The notes under the pieces are model-generated. The model had not been told where the DNA came from. It ran no database searches and saw nothing but the letters and a program-made list of their open reading frames with translations. The position numbers were made by a program, and so were the translations under genes. From contig JACKPQ010000002.1 in the NCBI GenBank assembly GCA_024233435.1, positions 320,286-384,285 of the forward strand: a DNA stretch of 64,000 bases, written 5' to 3'. Positions 49,806-58,459 of the stretch are shown in pieces (the stretch's first letter is position 1; each line of letters begins with the position of its first letter). The DNA comes from Chlamydiales bacterium. GTDB taxonomy: Bacteria; Chlamydiota; Chlamydiia; Chlamydiales; JACKPQ01.

Positions 49806-51160
49806 ACAATGGCTGGGTCGTCTGCAGTTTCAGAAGATTCAATGCGCTCAATTTGTGCGCCTAGATTTGCAAGCTTTTGCTCAACATTTTCGTAGCCGCG
49901 ATCTAGGAAGTGAAGATTAGAAATATGGCTAATGCCAGGAGCGAGAAGCGCTGCAAGTACATAGGCAAAACCAGCTCGTAGATCAGGAATGGCAATGTCG
50001 CAAGGTTTTAAAGGTGTGGGCCCACGTACGATGAGGCTATGATTGTAATTTTGATCTGCAAATCGGCAGGCGCGTCCACCGAGGCATTGAGAAAAAAGGG
50101 ATAAATCAGCACCCATTTTGCAGAGCATGTCTGTATAGCCAAATCGGTTTTCATAAACAGTTTCGTGAATGACAGATGTGCCATGTGCTTGAGTTAAAAG
50201 GAGCACAAAAGGCTGTTGCCAATCAGTTAAAAACCCTGGGTGAACGTCAGTTTCAAGGTGGATGCCGCCTTTTAAAGGACCCTGGTGAAAGAATTCAATC
50301 CCAGCATTGCGAACCTGGAACCCACCACCAATCTCTCTGAGCTTGTTTAAGAAGGTGATCATATGGGCTTGCTGTGCGCCTTCAACAAAAACGCGCCCTT
50401 TAGTGGCAATAGCAGCAATGCCAAATGAAGCAGCTTCAATGCGATCGGGGATTACTGTGTGCTCGTTTTCATAAAATGTCTTTGTTTCTTGGATGTGAAT
50501 AGTGCGGTCAACGTCGACGTGGATGATTACTCCTAAATTTTGCAGAAATAAAATGAGATCCATGATCTCAGGCTCGATAGCGGCATTTTTAATCACTGTT
50601 GTGCCTTTTGCTCGGCAGGCAGCGAGAATGGTATTTTCAGTGGCACCTACAGATGGGTAGGGCAGTTCGATAAAAGTTCCCTTCAGACCAGAGTGTGCTC
50701 GAGCAAAGTAAGCTCCCTCTTTTTTCATTTCACGAAATTCGACTGTAGCGCCGAGAGCCTCAAAGGCATGGATGTGGAAATCAACAGGGCGCTTTCCTAT
50801 TTTGCATCCGCCGACAGTGGGTACAATAATATCGGCTTCTGTGCGACCAAGGAGAGCTCCGATCATCAATATGGGTATCCGGTTCGATCCACAAAAACGC
50901 TGGGGGACATAGGTAGATTTTAAATGCTTAGTGACGATTTCAATGACGCCACCTTCAGCATCCCATGTGATATCTGAGCCAATTTCTCTGAGCAGATCAA
51001 TTGTAATGCCCACTTCTGTGATATTGGGGACATTATAAAAAATACAACGCTTATCAGAAATAAGGGAGGCAACAAGCATTTTTGTAATGGCATTCTTTGC
51101 TCCAGCGGCTTTGACATGCCCTTCAAGGGGCTGGTGACCTTTTATTTTTAATACGTCCAT
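49802..51160 (-). CDS. murA: UDP-N-acetylglucosamine 1-carboxyvinyltransferase
   Basis: 452 aa with an N-terminal G..L.G.V...GAKNA pattern, the active-site region GGCKIGKRPVD, and an EPSP-synthase-fold repeat layout. Confidence 0.94.
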   Translation of the reverse strand: MDVLKIKGHQPLEGHVKAAGAKNAITKMLVASLISDKRCIFYNVPNITEVGITIDLLREIGSDITWDAEGGVIEIVTKHLKSTYVPQRFCGSNRIPILMIGALLGRTEADIIVPTVGGCKIGKRPVDFHIHAFEALGATVEFREMKKEGAYFARAHSGLKGTFIELPYPSVGATENTILAACRAKGTTVIKNAAIEPEIMDLILFLQNLGVIIHVDVDRTIHIQETKTFYENEHTVIPDRIEAASFGIAAIATKGRVFVEGAQQAHMITFLNKLREIGGGFQVRNAGIEFFHQGPLKGGIHLETDVHPGFLTDWQQPFVLLLTQAHGTSVIHETVYENRFGYTDMLCKMGADLSLFSQCLGGRACRFADQNYNHSLIVRGPTPLKPCDIAIPDLRAGFAYVLAALLAPGISHISNLHFLDRGYENVEQKLANLGAQIERIESSETADDPAIV

Positions 51161-51167
51161 TGCTTCA

Positions 51168-52091
51168 TTATGGCGTTGTAACAGTTAGTTGTAAACCTAA
51201 AGATGTGGTTGGTAAAAGTCCTTTTTCCCCTCTACAGTAAAACATTGAAAGCGTTTGGGTTTGGAGTTTTTCACAGAGCTTTAAGGCGACCCATCCCATT
51301 GTCTTACGCGGATTGATTTCACATGCGGCATTCAGTTGCCCGTTGTACGTGAATCCATCAATCCCTAACTGACCAAAAAAGCCTAGCTTTGCAATTCCAT
51401 TGAGCAGGGGTTGAACCTGCTCGATATGCGCATTGATAAAGTCTGGGCGTTCTTTTTTGATATGCGTTGCGCGGTATTTCCCAAACTCATTGCAGTCCAT
51501 TATAGTCCACCCTATAAAAACAATTTCTCCTGACTTTTCGATGTTCCATTGAGTGCTAAAATCACACTCTCTGCTCACCCAAGGCTCAGCTAAAACAGGC
51601 TCCTTAAAATCGTAATGTAAATCCGCTTTACATTTAAAAATTTTATGACCGCGACCAGCTGTTGCAAAGGGCTTTTTTAGGACAAAAGGGAGCTTTACGT
51701 TGTTTATCCAATGGTCTATTTCTGCTTGGCTGTTTAATATGAGGCTTGTTGGCAGGCCAAAGCCTTGCTCAACAGGATAAAACTTTGAAGCAACGGTTTT
51801 AACAACATCGATGGGGGGAATGTCATACTCTAAATGATGCTGTTTTGCAAACTCCTGGATCTTTGCAGACGGTCCCCAACTCTCGATGCGTTTGGCTTCG
51901 GTAATGTGGTCTTTGTCGACGACTTTTGGCGTTTTTGGAAGATCGGGTGGAAACCAGTTGGCTAGCACAAGATCTTCAGGGCTTGCATATAGCAAGGGCA
52001 AAAACTGTAGCTGATCATGAACGGGGTGGTTATCTTGAAGTCCTTGCAGCTCGGACTCAAATTGAGTGTTGGCAATATGTAGAGTTGTCAT
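51168..52091 (-). CDS. Hypothetical protein, possibly ATP-grasp fold
   Basis: 307 aa. PFVLKKPFATAGRGHKIF, and later GQLGIDGF...LNAACEINPRKT, resemble the ATP-grasp K-loop and the C-terminal E-x-N motif. The similarity is weak and judged by eye only. Confidence 0.4.
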   Translation of the reverse strand: MTTLHIANTQFESELQGLQDNHPVHDQLQFLPLLYASPEDLVLANWFPPDLPKTPKVVDKDHITEAKRIESWGPSAKIQEFAKQHHLEYDIPPIDVVKTVASKFYPVEQGFGLPTSLILNSQAEIDHWINNVKLPFVLKKPFATAGRGHKIFKCKADLHYDFKEPVLAEPWVSRECDFSTQWNIEKSGEIVFIGWTIMDCNEFGKYRATHIKKERPDFINAHIEQVQPLLNGIAKLGFFGQLGIDGFTYNGQLNAACEINPRKTMGWVALKLCEKLQTQTLSMFYCRGEKGLLPTTSLGLQLTVTTP

Positions 52092-52105
52092 GCTATTATT
52101 CTAGT

Positions 52106-52585
52106 ATGCGTACTGGATTAGGGCAAGATAGTCATCGTTTTTTAAACGAGCCGTCAGAGAAAAATTTTATAATCGGTGGAGTTGTCATCGATGATGCCCC
52201 TGGCCTTGATGCTGATTCTGATGGTGATGTGGTTTTACATGCCATTTGTAACGCCATCACATCACTTACAGGTGTGCCAATCCTCGGCGGTATCGCTCCA
52301 AAGATGTGCAAGCAGGGCATCACAAACAGCGCCGAGTATCTTAAAGAGGCTGTTAAAACACTTGGCAATAGCCAGATCTCACATATTGCGCTCAGTGTTG
52401 AAGCTAAAAGGCCCAGACTTGAAAAGCATATCCCTGCAATCCGCGCTAATGTGGCAAAATTGCTAGGCTTGGAGCTTAGACAGGTGGGAATGACTTGCAC
52501 TTCTGGCGATGGACTCACCGACTTCGGGCGGGGCGATGGATTACAGTGCCTTTGTATCTTAAGTTTAATAGACATCAAGGAGTAA
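52106..52585 (+). CDS. ispF: 2-C-methyl-D-erythritol 2,4-cyclodiphosphate synthase
   Basis: The true start is the Met at 52106 (MRTGLGQDSHRF...). It has DSDGDVVLHA. The upstream part of track ORF 51926-52585 is antisense to the neighbouring gene. Confidence 0.9.
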   Translation: MRTGLGQDSHRFLNEPSEKNFIIGGVVIDDAPGLDADSDGDVVLHAICNAITSLTGVPILGGIAPKMCKQGITNSAEYLKEAVKTLGNSQISHIALSVEAKRPRLEKHIPAIRANVAKLLGLELRQVGMTCTSGDGLTDFGRGDGLQCLCILSLIDIKE

Positions 52586-53626
52586 GCGCTTATCGGCGCG
52601 CATTTGGCGCACGGCTGCGTGGTCTCCTAAAATTGTGGCAAGGGTTTCCAGAACATCCTTTGCCATGCGCTTGGCATCTCCGCAAATATAGATAATGGCA
52701 CCCTCATCGATCCATTGACGCACAGCTTCTTGTTTTTCAAGCAGGCGATGTTGAACGTAGATTTTTTCTGACTGGTCTCGTGAAAAAGCGGTATCAAGAA
52801 TGAGTTGGTTGCTTTTTTCTAATTCTATGAATTCGTCGCGATAGTAAAAATCGCAAGCAGAGCGGCGCTCACCGAAGATCAGCCAATTTTTTCCAGAAGA
52901 ATTGGTGGCAATGCGCTCTTGTAAAAAAGCGCGGTAGGGAGCAACGCCAGTGCCAGGGCCGATCATAATGATGGGAGCGCTTGGGTTTTCAGGGAGAAGA
53001 AAGTGCTTAGTTGGTTGATGGTAGAGGGGGATGGGAGTGGATTGATTGGCCAGTGTGCAAAGAAAATGGCTGCCAACACCTGGGCGTATTTTGCCTCCAT
53101 GGTCGTAAGTAAAGGTTGCAACAAGAAGGTCTACAGAATTGGGAGATGTCTGCATTGATGAAGCAATTGAATAGAAGCGGGGAAGCATTGGAGAGAGTGT
53201 TGCTGCAAAGGCTTCAAGCGAGCCTGAGTAGTTTTTAATGCTTGCAAGGCAATCTTCAAGATCGACAAATTTTTCATCGATTCCCAGTAAAGCCAGAAGT
53301 TTTGAGGGTACTCGGGTGAGATTGACACACGTTTGAAGGTAAGTGCGTAGGGTCATTGGCACTCTTGTGCGTGGGTTGAGAAAAGTTTTGCTCGGAGCGT
53401 GGGAAAAGTAGGAGAGTAAGCTCTCAACTTCATCTGGGTCGTTAGCTGGGATAACGGCGATGCAATCGCCAGGTTTATACTGAATGTTTGAGCCTGTAAG
53501 GTCTAAGCGCACATGATAGGTTTTCTTATCCGATTCGGGTTTGTTCAGCAGGGTGCATTCTTGCATTTGACCAATGAAAGGTGTTGCTTTGTCGTAGCTT
53601 TTCGTTGTCTTAGTTGATGTTATCAT
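52565..53626 (-). CDS. CysJ-like FAD/NADPH oxidoreductase module (ferredoxin-NADP reductase type, no flavodoxin domain)
   Basis: 353 aa with RFYSIASS (FAD), MIGPGTGVAPYRAF (NADPH) and a terminal ...LLDVY. Confidence 0.82.
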   Translation of the reverse strand: MITSTKTTKSYDKATPFIGQMQECTLLNKPESDKKTYHVRLDLTGSNIQYKPGDCIAVIPANDPDEVESLLSYFSHAPSKTFLNPRTRVPMTLRTYLQTCVNLTRVPSKLLALLGIDEKFVDLEDCLASIKNYSGSLEAFAATLSPMLPRFYSIASSMQTSPNSVDLLVATFTYDHGGKIRPGVGSHFLCTLANQSTPIPLYHQPTKHFLLPENPSAPIIMIGPGTGVAPYRAFLQERIATNSSGKNWLIFGERRSACDFYYRDEFIELEKSNQLILDTAFSRDQSEKIYVQHRLLEKQEAVRQWIDEGAIIYICGDAKRMAKDVLETLATILGDHAAVRQMRADKRLLLDVY

Positions 53627-53650
53627 AAGTTTTTGGTATGTATTACAATC

Positions 53651-53764
53651 ATGAAGTTAATGCTTATCGTAGTTCTTTTCCTGACTGGTTGTGTGTCTTC
53701 TGGGTATAACCCAAGTTACATCATTTCGCAACCTGTCGAGGAAGAAAGTTCTACTGCGCGGTAG
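53651..53764 (+). CDS. Candidate small lipoprotein (37 aa), not in the ORF track
   Basis: My translation is MKLMLIVVLFLTGCVSSGYNPSYIISQPVEEESSTAR. It has a textbook n-region, h-region and lipobox L-T-G-C. It lies in the gltX/cysJ-like gap on the opposite strand, and its 3' end overlaps the gltX stop by 14 nt. There is no obvious SD. Confidence 0.4.
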   Translation: MKLMLIVVLFLTGCVSSGYNPSYIISQPVEEESSTAR

Positions 53765-55271
53765 ATTTTTCTACAAACTCCTTACAATCTTTATCCTTCC
53801 AGGCCTTTGTCAATGCACTAAGTCGTTTATTGGATACCCCGCCGAGAAATTCAATGGCTTGTAGAAAGCGTGCACGCGCGCGATCTTTACCCAAAATTTC
53901 TACAGAATCAAAAAGCGGAGGGCCCGCTGGTTTACCAACAATTGTTGTAAATAGAAGGCGCATGACAATTTTTTTATGATTCACACCAAAAATTTCTGCG
54001 ATATCGCGTGAGGCTTGCTCAAAACCCTGGCGGCCCCAATCTTCGAGTTCTTCCAATCGCCAGACCATTCCTTGCAAAATTTGCGCTGAGCTCTCTTTTG
54101 TGATACCACTTGGTGTTAAATGCTCTTCTTCGTAGGGGATGTGATTGATGAAAAAGAACTGACACAGTTCCATAAATTCACCAAAAGTTTTAATGCGGGT
54201 GTGGACAAGGGGCATGAGCTTTTGCATAAAGGCATCGTTAAACGACCACTCTTTGATGCGCTCCCATAGTTTGTCTTCTGGGATATTGTTAATAAGATAT
54301 TGCTGGTTGATCCAGTCAAGCTTTTGAATGTCAAAAAATGCGCCTGATGTGCCAATGCGTGAAACATCAAATTCTTGAGCAAACGCCTCAATCGAATAAA
54401 TCTCCCTATCGCCTGGCATGCTGTAGCCCATCAAGGATAAAAAATTCACGAAAGCTTCTTTCAAGTAGCCACTATCACGGTAGTAGAAAATTGAGGTTGG
54501 ATTTTTGCGCTTGGAGAGTTTCTTACCATCCCGGCCTAAAAGAAGGGGCATATGTAAAAACTCTGGCGCCTTCCAACCGAAAGCCTCATAAATGTAGATG
54601 TGTTTTGGAGTTGAGCTAATCCACTCATCTCCACGCATCACATGGGTGATTTTCATCAAATGATCGTCGACGACATTTGCAAAGTGGTATGTTGGAAAGC
54701 CATCGGATTTCATCAAAATTTGGTCGTCGATGTCAGACCATGGAGTTGTAATGCGCCCCTTAATACCATCGTCAAAAACACAATCACCTGTTAGGGGAAT
54801 CTTTAGGCGAATAACAAACGATTGACCTGCAGCTTCGCGCTCCTTGACCTCTTCAGGACTCAAGTTGCGGTATCTGCGATCATAGCCAGTGCGTTTGCCT
54901 AACTTTGCGCCCAGCTCTCGCATTTCCTGGAGCTCTTCTTTTGTTGCAAAGCACTTATAGGCTTTGCCCTGATCCAGCAGCATTGTGATATGCTCTCTAT
55001 AGATTTCAGTGCGCTCGCTCTGGCGATAAGGACCAAAATCTCCACCCACATCAGGCCCCTCATCCCAAGTAATCCCTGACCAATGGAGTGCCTTGTAAAT
55101 ATTTTCTTCATACTCGGGTCGGCTGCGGCTTTGATCGGTATCTTCAATGCGTAGAATAAATTTACCTTGATGCTTTTTAGCAAAAATTTGATTGAAAAGG
55201 GCAATGTAGGCGGTTCCCACATGGGGGTCACCAGTGGGCGATGGCCCAATACGTACGCGAATATCACTCAT
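53751..55271 (-). CDS. gltX: Glutamate--tRNA ligase
   Basis: 506 aa with HIGH (PTGDPHVGTAY) and KMSKS (KLSKRK) motifs. Confidence 0.96.
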   Translation of the reverse strand: MSDIRVRIGPSPTGDPHVGTAYIALFNQIFAKKHQGKFILRIEDTDQSRSRPEYEENIYKALHWSGITWDEGPDVGGDFGPYRQSERTEIYREHITMLLDQGKAYKCFATKEELQEMRELGAKLGKRTGYDRRYRNLSPEEVKEREAAGQSFVIRLKIPLTGDCVFDDGIKGRITTPWSDIDDQILMKSDGFPTYHFANVVDDHLMKITHVMRGDEWISSTPKHIYIYEAFGWKAPEFLHMPLLLGRDGKKLSKRKNPTSIFYYRDSGYLKEAFVNFLSLMGYSMPGDREIYSIEAFAQEFDVSRIGTSGAFFDIQKLDWINQQYLINNIPEDKLWERIKEWSFNDAFMQKLMPLVHTRIKTFGEFMELCQFFFINHIPYEEEHLTPSGITKESSAQILQGMVWRLEELEDWGRQGFEQASRDIAEIFGVNHKKIVMRLLFTTIVGKPAGPPLFDSVEILGKDRARARFLQAIEFLGGVSNKRLSALTKAWKDKDCKEFVEKSTAQ

Positions 55272-55335
55272 AGACTACCTTAGGTTAGTCTCCCATTTTC
55301 TCCTATAATAAGATTAAGAATCAACCCTTGCTTTT

Positions 55336-57300
55336 TTAGGCGCCGGCTTGCGCAGGGTGTGATGCATGCGGGGAGTGTACTTGCAGACGCATGAGCATGA
55401 TGAGGTCTTTCATGACATGAAGGGCCTCTTCTTTTTGTAGGTCGGTTTGTCCAAAAAGCTCAATTTCATCAACAGATTCTTTGGAGATGGCTTTTAGAAA
55501 ATTTTGATAGTTTTTGTTGCTACCGATACGTATTGTGCTGTTTTTAGAAAGGATGTCAATGTGGGGCTCATACGTATGGAGGCGTGGCTGCAGGTCTTTT
55601 TCGTAAAAAAGGCGGAGTTTTTTACGTTGGAAGGGAGAAATGTCTGAAAGGTCGTCGTTGAATTTTGCGGGGATGTTGTCTGGCTCAAGGGGGAATTTTG
55701 CAAAACGTTCTCCAATATCAAGTTGAGAGAGTGCGCCTGGCATGACGATATCAGCTTGCACGCCGTGTAGTTGGGGACTTTTGCCTGAAACGGTGAAATA
55801 CATGCCACGAGTTACTTTATACTCCCCTTTGGGATTAACTCTGGGGTGGGCGGCAGGTTCTAGAGAAAATCTTTGGTAAGACCCTTTGCCAAAAGTGTGG
55901 TCATCGCCAACGATAAGAGCACGTCCGTAATCTTGGAGGGTTTGAGCGACGATTTCTGAAGCTGAAGCTGAGGCTCGATTAGTGAGCACGAGTAGTGGGC
56001 CATCCCAAACTTTGTTTGAATCAATATTGCGAAGGTGCTGTACATTGCCATCGCTATCTTTAATGGAGACAACAACCCCCTTAGAGATGAAAAGACCTGT
56101 AACGCCAATAGCTTGAGATAGATGGCCGCCTGGATTGTTGCGCATGTCCAAGATGATGCCGTAGAGCTTATCTTTATGCTCGTTTTTAAGATCGGTGATC
56201 ACTTGCTTTAAGTCAGAGGTTGAAGAGCTGTTGGGATCTTGATAAAAAGAGTAAAGGTGGATGTGGGCGATAGTGCCATCACCGAAAGGTTCTAAGGAAA
56301 CGTCATAGCGTGTTTCTTTGAGGACGATCTCTTGGCGAGTTATTCTAACATCGACTTTTTCTCGTTCAGCTTCACTTGAAGAACGCAGGAGAGTAAGGTC
56401 GACGTGAGTACCAGCTTTGCCACGAATTAAATCTATAGCATCGGTGATTTCCCAACCGACAATGGGCTCGCCGTTGACGGCAATGATGCGGTCACCCACT
56501 TTTAGGGATTTTGTGAGCTCTGCTGGACCGCCTTCAATGAGGCGTACAACTGTCAAGCCATTAAGGTCATCTCTTAGTTGGGCCCCGATGCCAAAAAGCC
56601 GCTGGTCGATCTCAATCATGAATTGGCGAGCTTCAGATGGAGTGAAGTAATTAGTATAGCTGTCCAGGGCAGAGCTGGCAGCTTTTAAAAAATAGACGAG
56701 AACTTGGGCTTGGCGCATTTTAGGGCCATCAGCCAATATTTCGCGCTCTCTTCCTAATCGTCTCTTAGTAAGTCGCTTAAAGAAGTTTTCGCGAGTCTCC
56801 TCTTCAAAGTTTTCAACAGCTTCAAGTTGTAACGCCTTAATTTTCAATAATCGGGTTCTAAGCTCTTGTTCACTGTTGACCCAAGCCAATTCTTTAAACT
56901 CGTCAGGATTGACTTGAGAGGGTAATTTTGCGCCAACTATCTCAGCTTCAAGGCGGTTTCTCCTCTCAATTGCCAAGATCATGGATTCTTGAATAGATCC
57001 AAACTCGCTGAAATCGTGTCGGTTATAATCAGATATCACTTGATTGAGGAGAGCAGGGCTGGCATCCGCCCAGTGACTTACCTCTGAAGCCAAGAAATAG
57101 GTTTTTGTAGGGTCAAGCTCATCGAGGTAGTTATTTAAGGTCCTTTGCATGAGCTCTGGTGTAAAGTGTTTATAGGATACGTGTGACCGGAAGATTTGCT
57201 GAATCTGGGCTTTAGCATCTTTTTCGCTGATTTCTGGTGGTTGGGCAAAGCAAAGAGTGGAGAAAATGAGAAAAAAAATACCGAGGGTGATCCTATTCAT
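55336..57300 (-). CDS. tsp: Tail-specific (C-terminal processing) protease, S41 family
   Basis: 654 aa with a signal peptide, a PDZ domain (VGDRIIAVNGEPIVGW) and an S41 core (DMRNNPGG ... TNRASASASEI). Confidence 0.9.
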   Translation of the reverse strand: MNRITLGIFFLIFSTLCFAQPPEISEKDAKAQIQQIFRSHVSYKHFTPELMQRTLNNYLDELDPTKTYFLASEVSHWADASPALLNQVISDYNRHDFSEFGSIQESMILAIERRNRLEAEIVGAKLPSQVNPDEFKELAWVNSEQELRTRLLKIKALQLEAVENFEEETRENFFKRLTKRRLGREREILADGPKMRQAQVLVYFLKAASSALDSYTNYFTPSEARQFMIEIDQRLFGIGAQLRDDLNGLTVVRLIEGGPAELTKSLKVGDRIIAVNGEPIVGWEITDAIDLIRGKAGTHVDLTLLRSSSEAEREKVDVRITRQEIVLKETRYDVSLEPFGDGTIAHIHLYSFYQDPNSSSTSDLKQVITDLKNEHKDKLYGIILDMRNNPGGHLSQAIGVTGLFISKGVVVSIKDSDGNVQHLRNIDSNKVWDGPLLVLTNRASASASEIVAQTLQDYGRALIVGDDHTFGKGSYQRFSLEPAAHPRVNPKGEYKVTRGMYFTVSGKSPQLHGVQADIVMPGALSQLDIGERFAKFPLEPDNIPAKFNDDLSDISPFQRKKLRLFYEKDLQPRLHTYEPHIDILSKNSTIRIGSNKNYQNFLKAISKESVDEIELFGQTDLQKEEALHVMKDLIMLMRLQVHSPHASHPAQAGA

Positions 57301-57599
57301 AGCTACTACCTATATCAGGTCATAAGAATAAGGCGCCAGATTTTTCTTCTAGGGTTTATTTTGTTAGATGTTGATTAATAACAGCTTATGGAAATAATAA
57401 GATTTATTAAAGAAAATTATTTATATCTAAGATTCAACAATTTACGCCTATTTTGAAAAAAGAATCAAAAAGGGTTGCATTCAATTCATTTTTATGTAAT
57501 AATCAGATTATCAAAACGCCGAATAAAACATAATAAGTGTATAATAACCTTGGTGAGAAGAGTTGCTAAAACACCAAAAATAAGAAAAGGTAACTGACC

Positions 57600-58118
57600 A
57601 TGGGAAATGAAAACGAAAACCAAACTGACGAGATCAAGAAAGAAGAGATCATGCGTCAGTTGGAAAATTACCTAAAGTCTCGCATTACAACAGACGAGAT
57701 GGAAGGCAGCAGAGAAGATAAGAAGATCGTCTCTATTACAGAAGCGGCACGCATCAATGGTGTGACGCGTCAGGCAATCTATGTTGCAATTAAGCAAAAG
57801 AAGCTTAAGGCAACAAAGGATGCAACGCGTTGGAAAATCCATATTGATGACCTAGAAGATTATCGCAAGCAAAAGTACTCACGTACAAAGTCGATGTTCG
57901 ATGGTGAGTTGCTTTTCGATAATAAGCAAGGATTTTACTCTGTGCGTCAAGTTGCTGAGCTTTTGAATGTACCTGTTCAAAAGATCTACTACGCAACACG
58001 CATCGGGCTTATTAAAGCTTCTAGAAAGGGCGCTGCTTGGGTTGTTCACATCGATGAAGTGAAGCAATACCAAGAGAGCTATTTGAGCAAAAGCGAAGTT
58101 AAAGAAAACGTCGGTTAA
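57600..58118 (+). CDS. euo: Euo-like DNA-binding regulator (two tandem excisionase-type HTH modules)
   Basis: 172 aa with module 1 ITEAARINGVTRQAIYVAIKQKKLKATKDATRWKIHIDDLEDY and module 2 YSVRQVAELLNVPVQKIYYATRIGLIKASRKGAAWVVHIDEVKQY. Its position between gltX and recJ-secDF matches Chlamydia as I recall. A 300-bp AT-rich upstream region is present. Confidence 0.75.
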   Translation: MGNENENQTDEIKKEEIMRQLENYLKSRITTDEMEGSREDKKIVSITEAARINGVTRQAIYVAIKQKKLKATKDATRWKIHIDDLEDYRKQKYSRTKSMFDGELLFDNKQGFYSVRQVAELLNVPVQKIYYATRIGLIKASRKGAAWVVHIDEVKQYQESYLSKSEVKENVG

Positions 58119-58173
58119 TTGCTTTTGATCGCTCAAATCCAAGGAGGGTTGCGATCTATGAATGCCTATCAAT

Positions 58174-58210
58174 AAGATCTTCTCTATAAATTAGAGAAGA
58201 TCTTTTTTCT
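58174..58210 (+). terminator. Rho-independent terminator downstream of euo
   Basis: A perfect 12-bp stem AAGATCTTCTCT / AGAGAAGATCTT (58174-58185 and 58193-58204) with a loop ATAAATT, followed by TTTTCT. Confidence 0.8.
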
Positions 58211-58238
58211 TGCAATGTAATTCAATTTTTTCTACACT
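58210..58238 (+). promoter_or_regulatory. Candidate sigma70-type promoter TTGCAA-17 nt-TACACT
   Basis: The -35 is at 58210-58215 and the -10 at 58233-58238, with an exact 17-nt spacer. It lies directly after the euo terminator and about 50 nt upstream of the small ORF at 58291. Confidence 0.4.
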
Positions 58239-58290
58239 ATTGTCTAAAAGGCATAGATAATAGATCCTAACGAGCGGAAATAAGGGTCAA

Positions 58291-58440
58291 ATGCCCCTCT
58301 GCAACCGTAGAGTCCATGTGCTCCTTGAACTTATTGGAACTGGTCGAAACACGATTGCTCAAATTGAATTTGGTGAAAGCCGAAGGTTGAGTCCTTCCGT
58401 CAGGGAAGTAATTTCCCTCAGATGTTTAGTTATGAATTAA
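58291..58440 (+). CDS. Candidate small ORF (49 aa) with XRE-type HTH-like segment
   Basis: My translation is MPLCNRRVHVLLELIGTGRNTIAQIEFGESRRLSPSVREVISLRCLVMN. The stretch LLELIGTGRNTIAQIEFGE..(L)SPS....I resembles helices 2-4 of XRE/Cro-type HTH (..LAELIGVSR.TI..IE.G...PS......I). The N-terminal helix is missing, so it may be a remnant. AAGGG lies 4 nt upstream of the ATG. Confidence 0.3.
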   Translation: MPLCNRRVHVLLELIGTGRNTIAQIEFGESRRLSPSVREVISLRCLVMN

Positions 58441-58459
58441 CTGAAAAGGACAAACTAGG

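Noticed and set aside
51926-52105. The upstream 60 codons of the track ORF containing ispF.
   Set aside because: This part is antisense to the 3'... actually the 5' portion of the neighbouring minus-strand gene (51168-52091) and is not IspF-like. IspF starts at the Met at 52106 (MRTGLGQDSHRF).
58385-58415. Two mutually exclusive 5-bp hairpins sharing GGGAAG (CTTCC-gtcag-GGAAG vs GGGAA-gtaat-TTCCC), considered as a riboswitch or attenuator in the leader of ORF 58460.
   Set aside because: The stems are only 5 bp, and I could not match any known riboswitch core. The segment lies inside the candidate 49-aa ORF, which explains the region at least as well.
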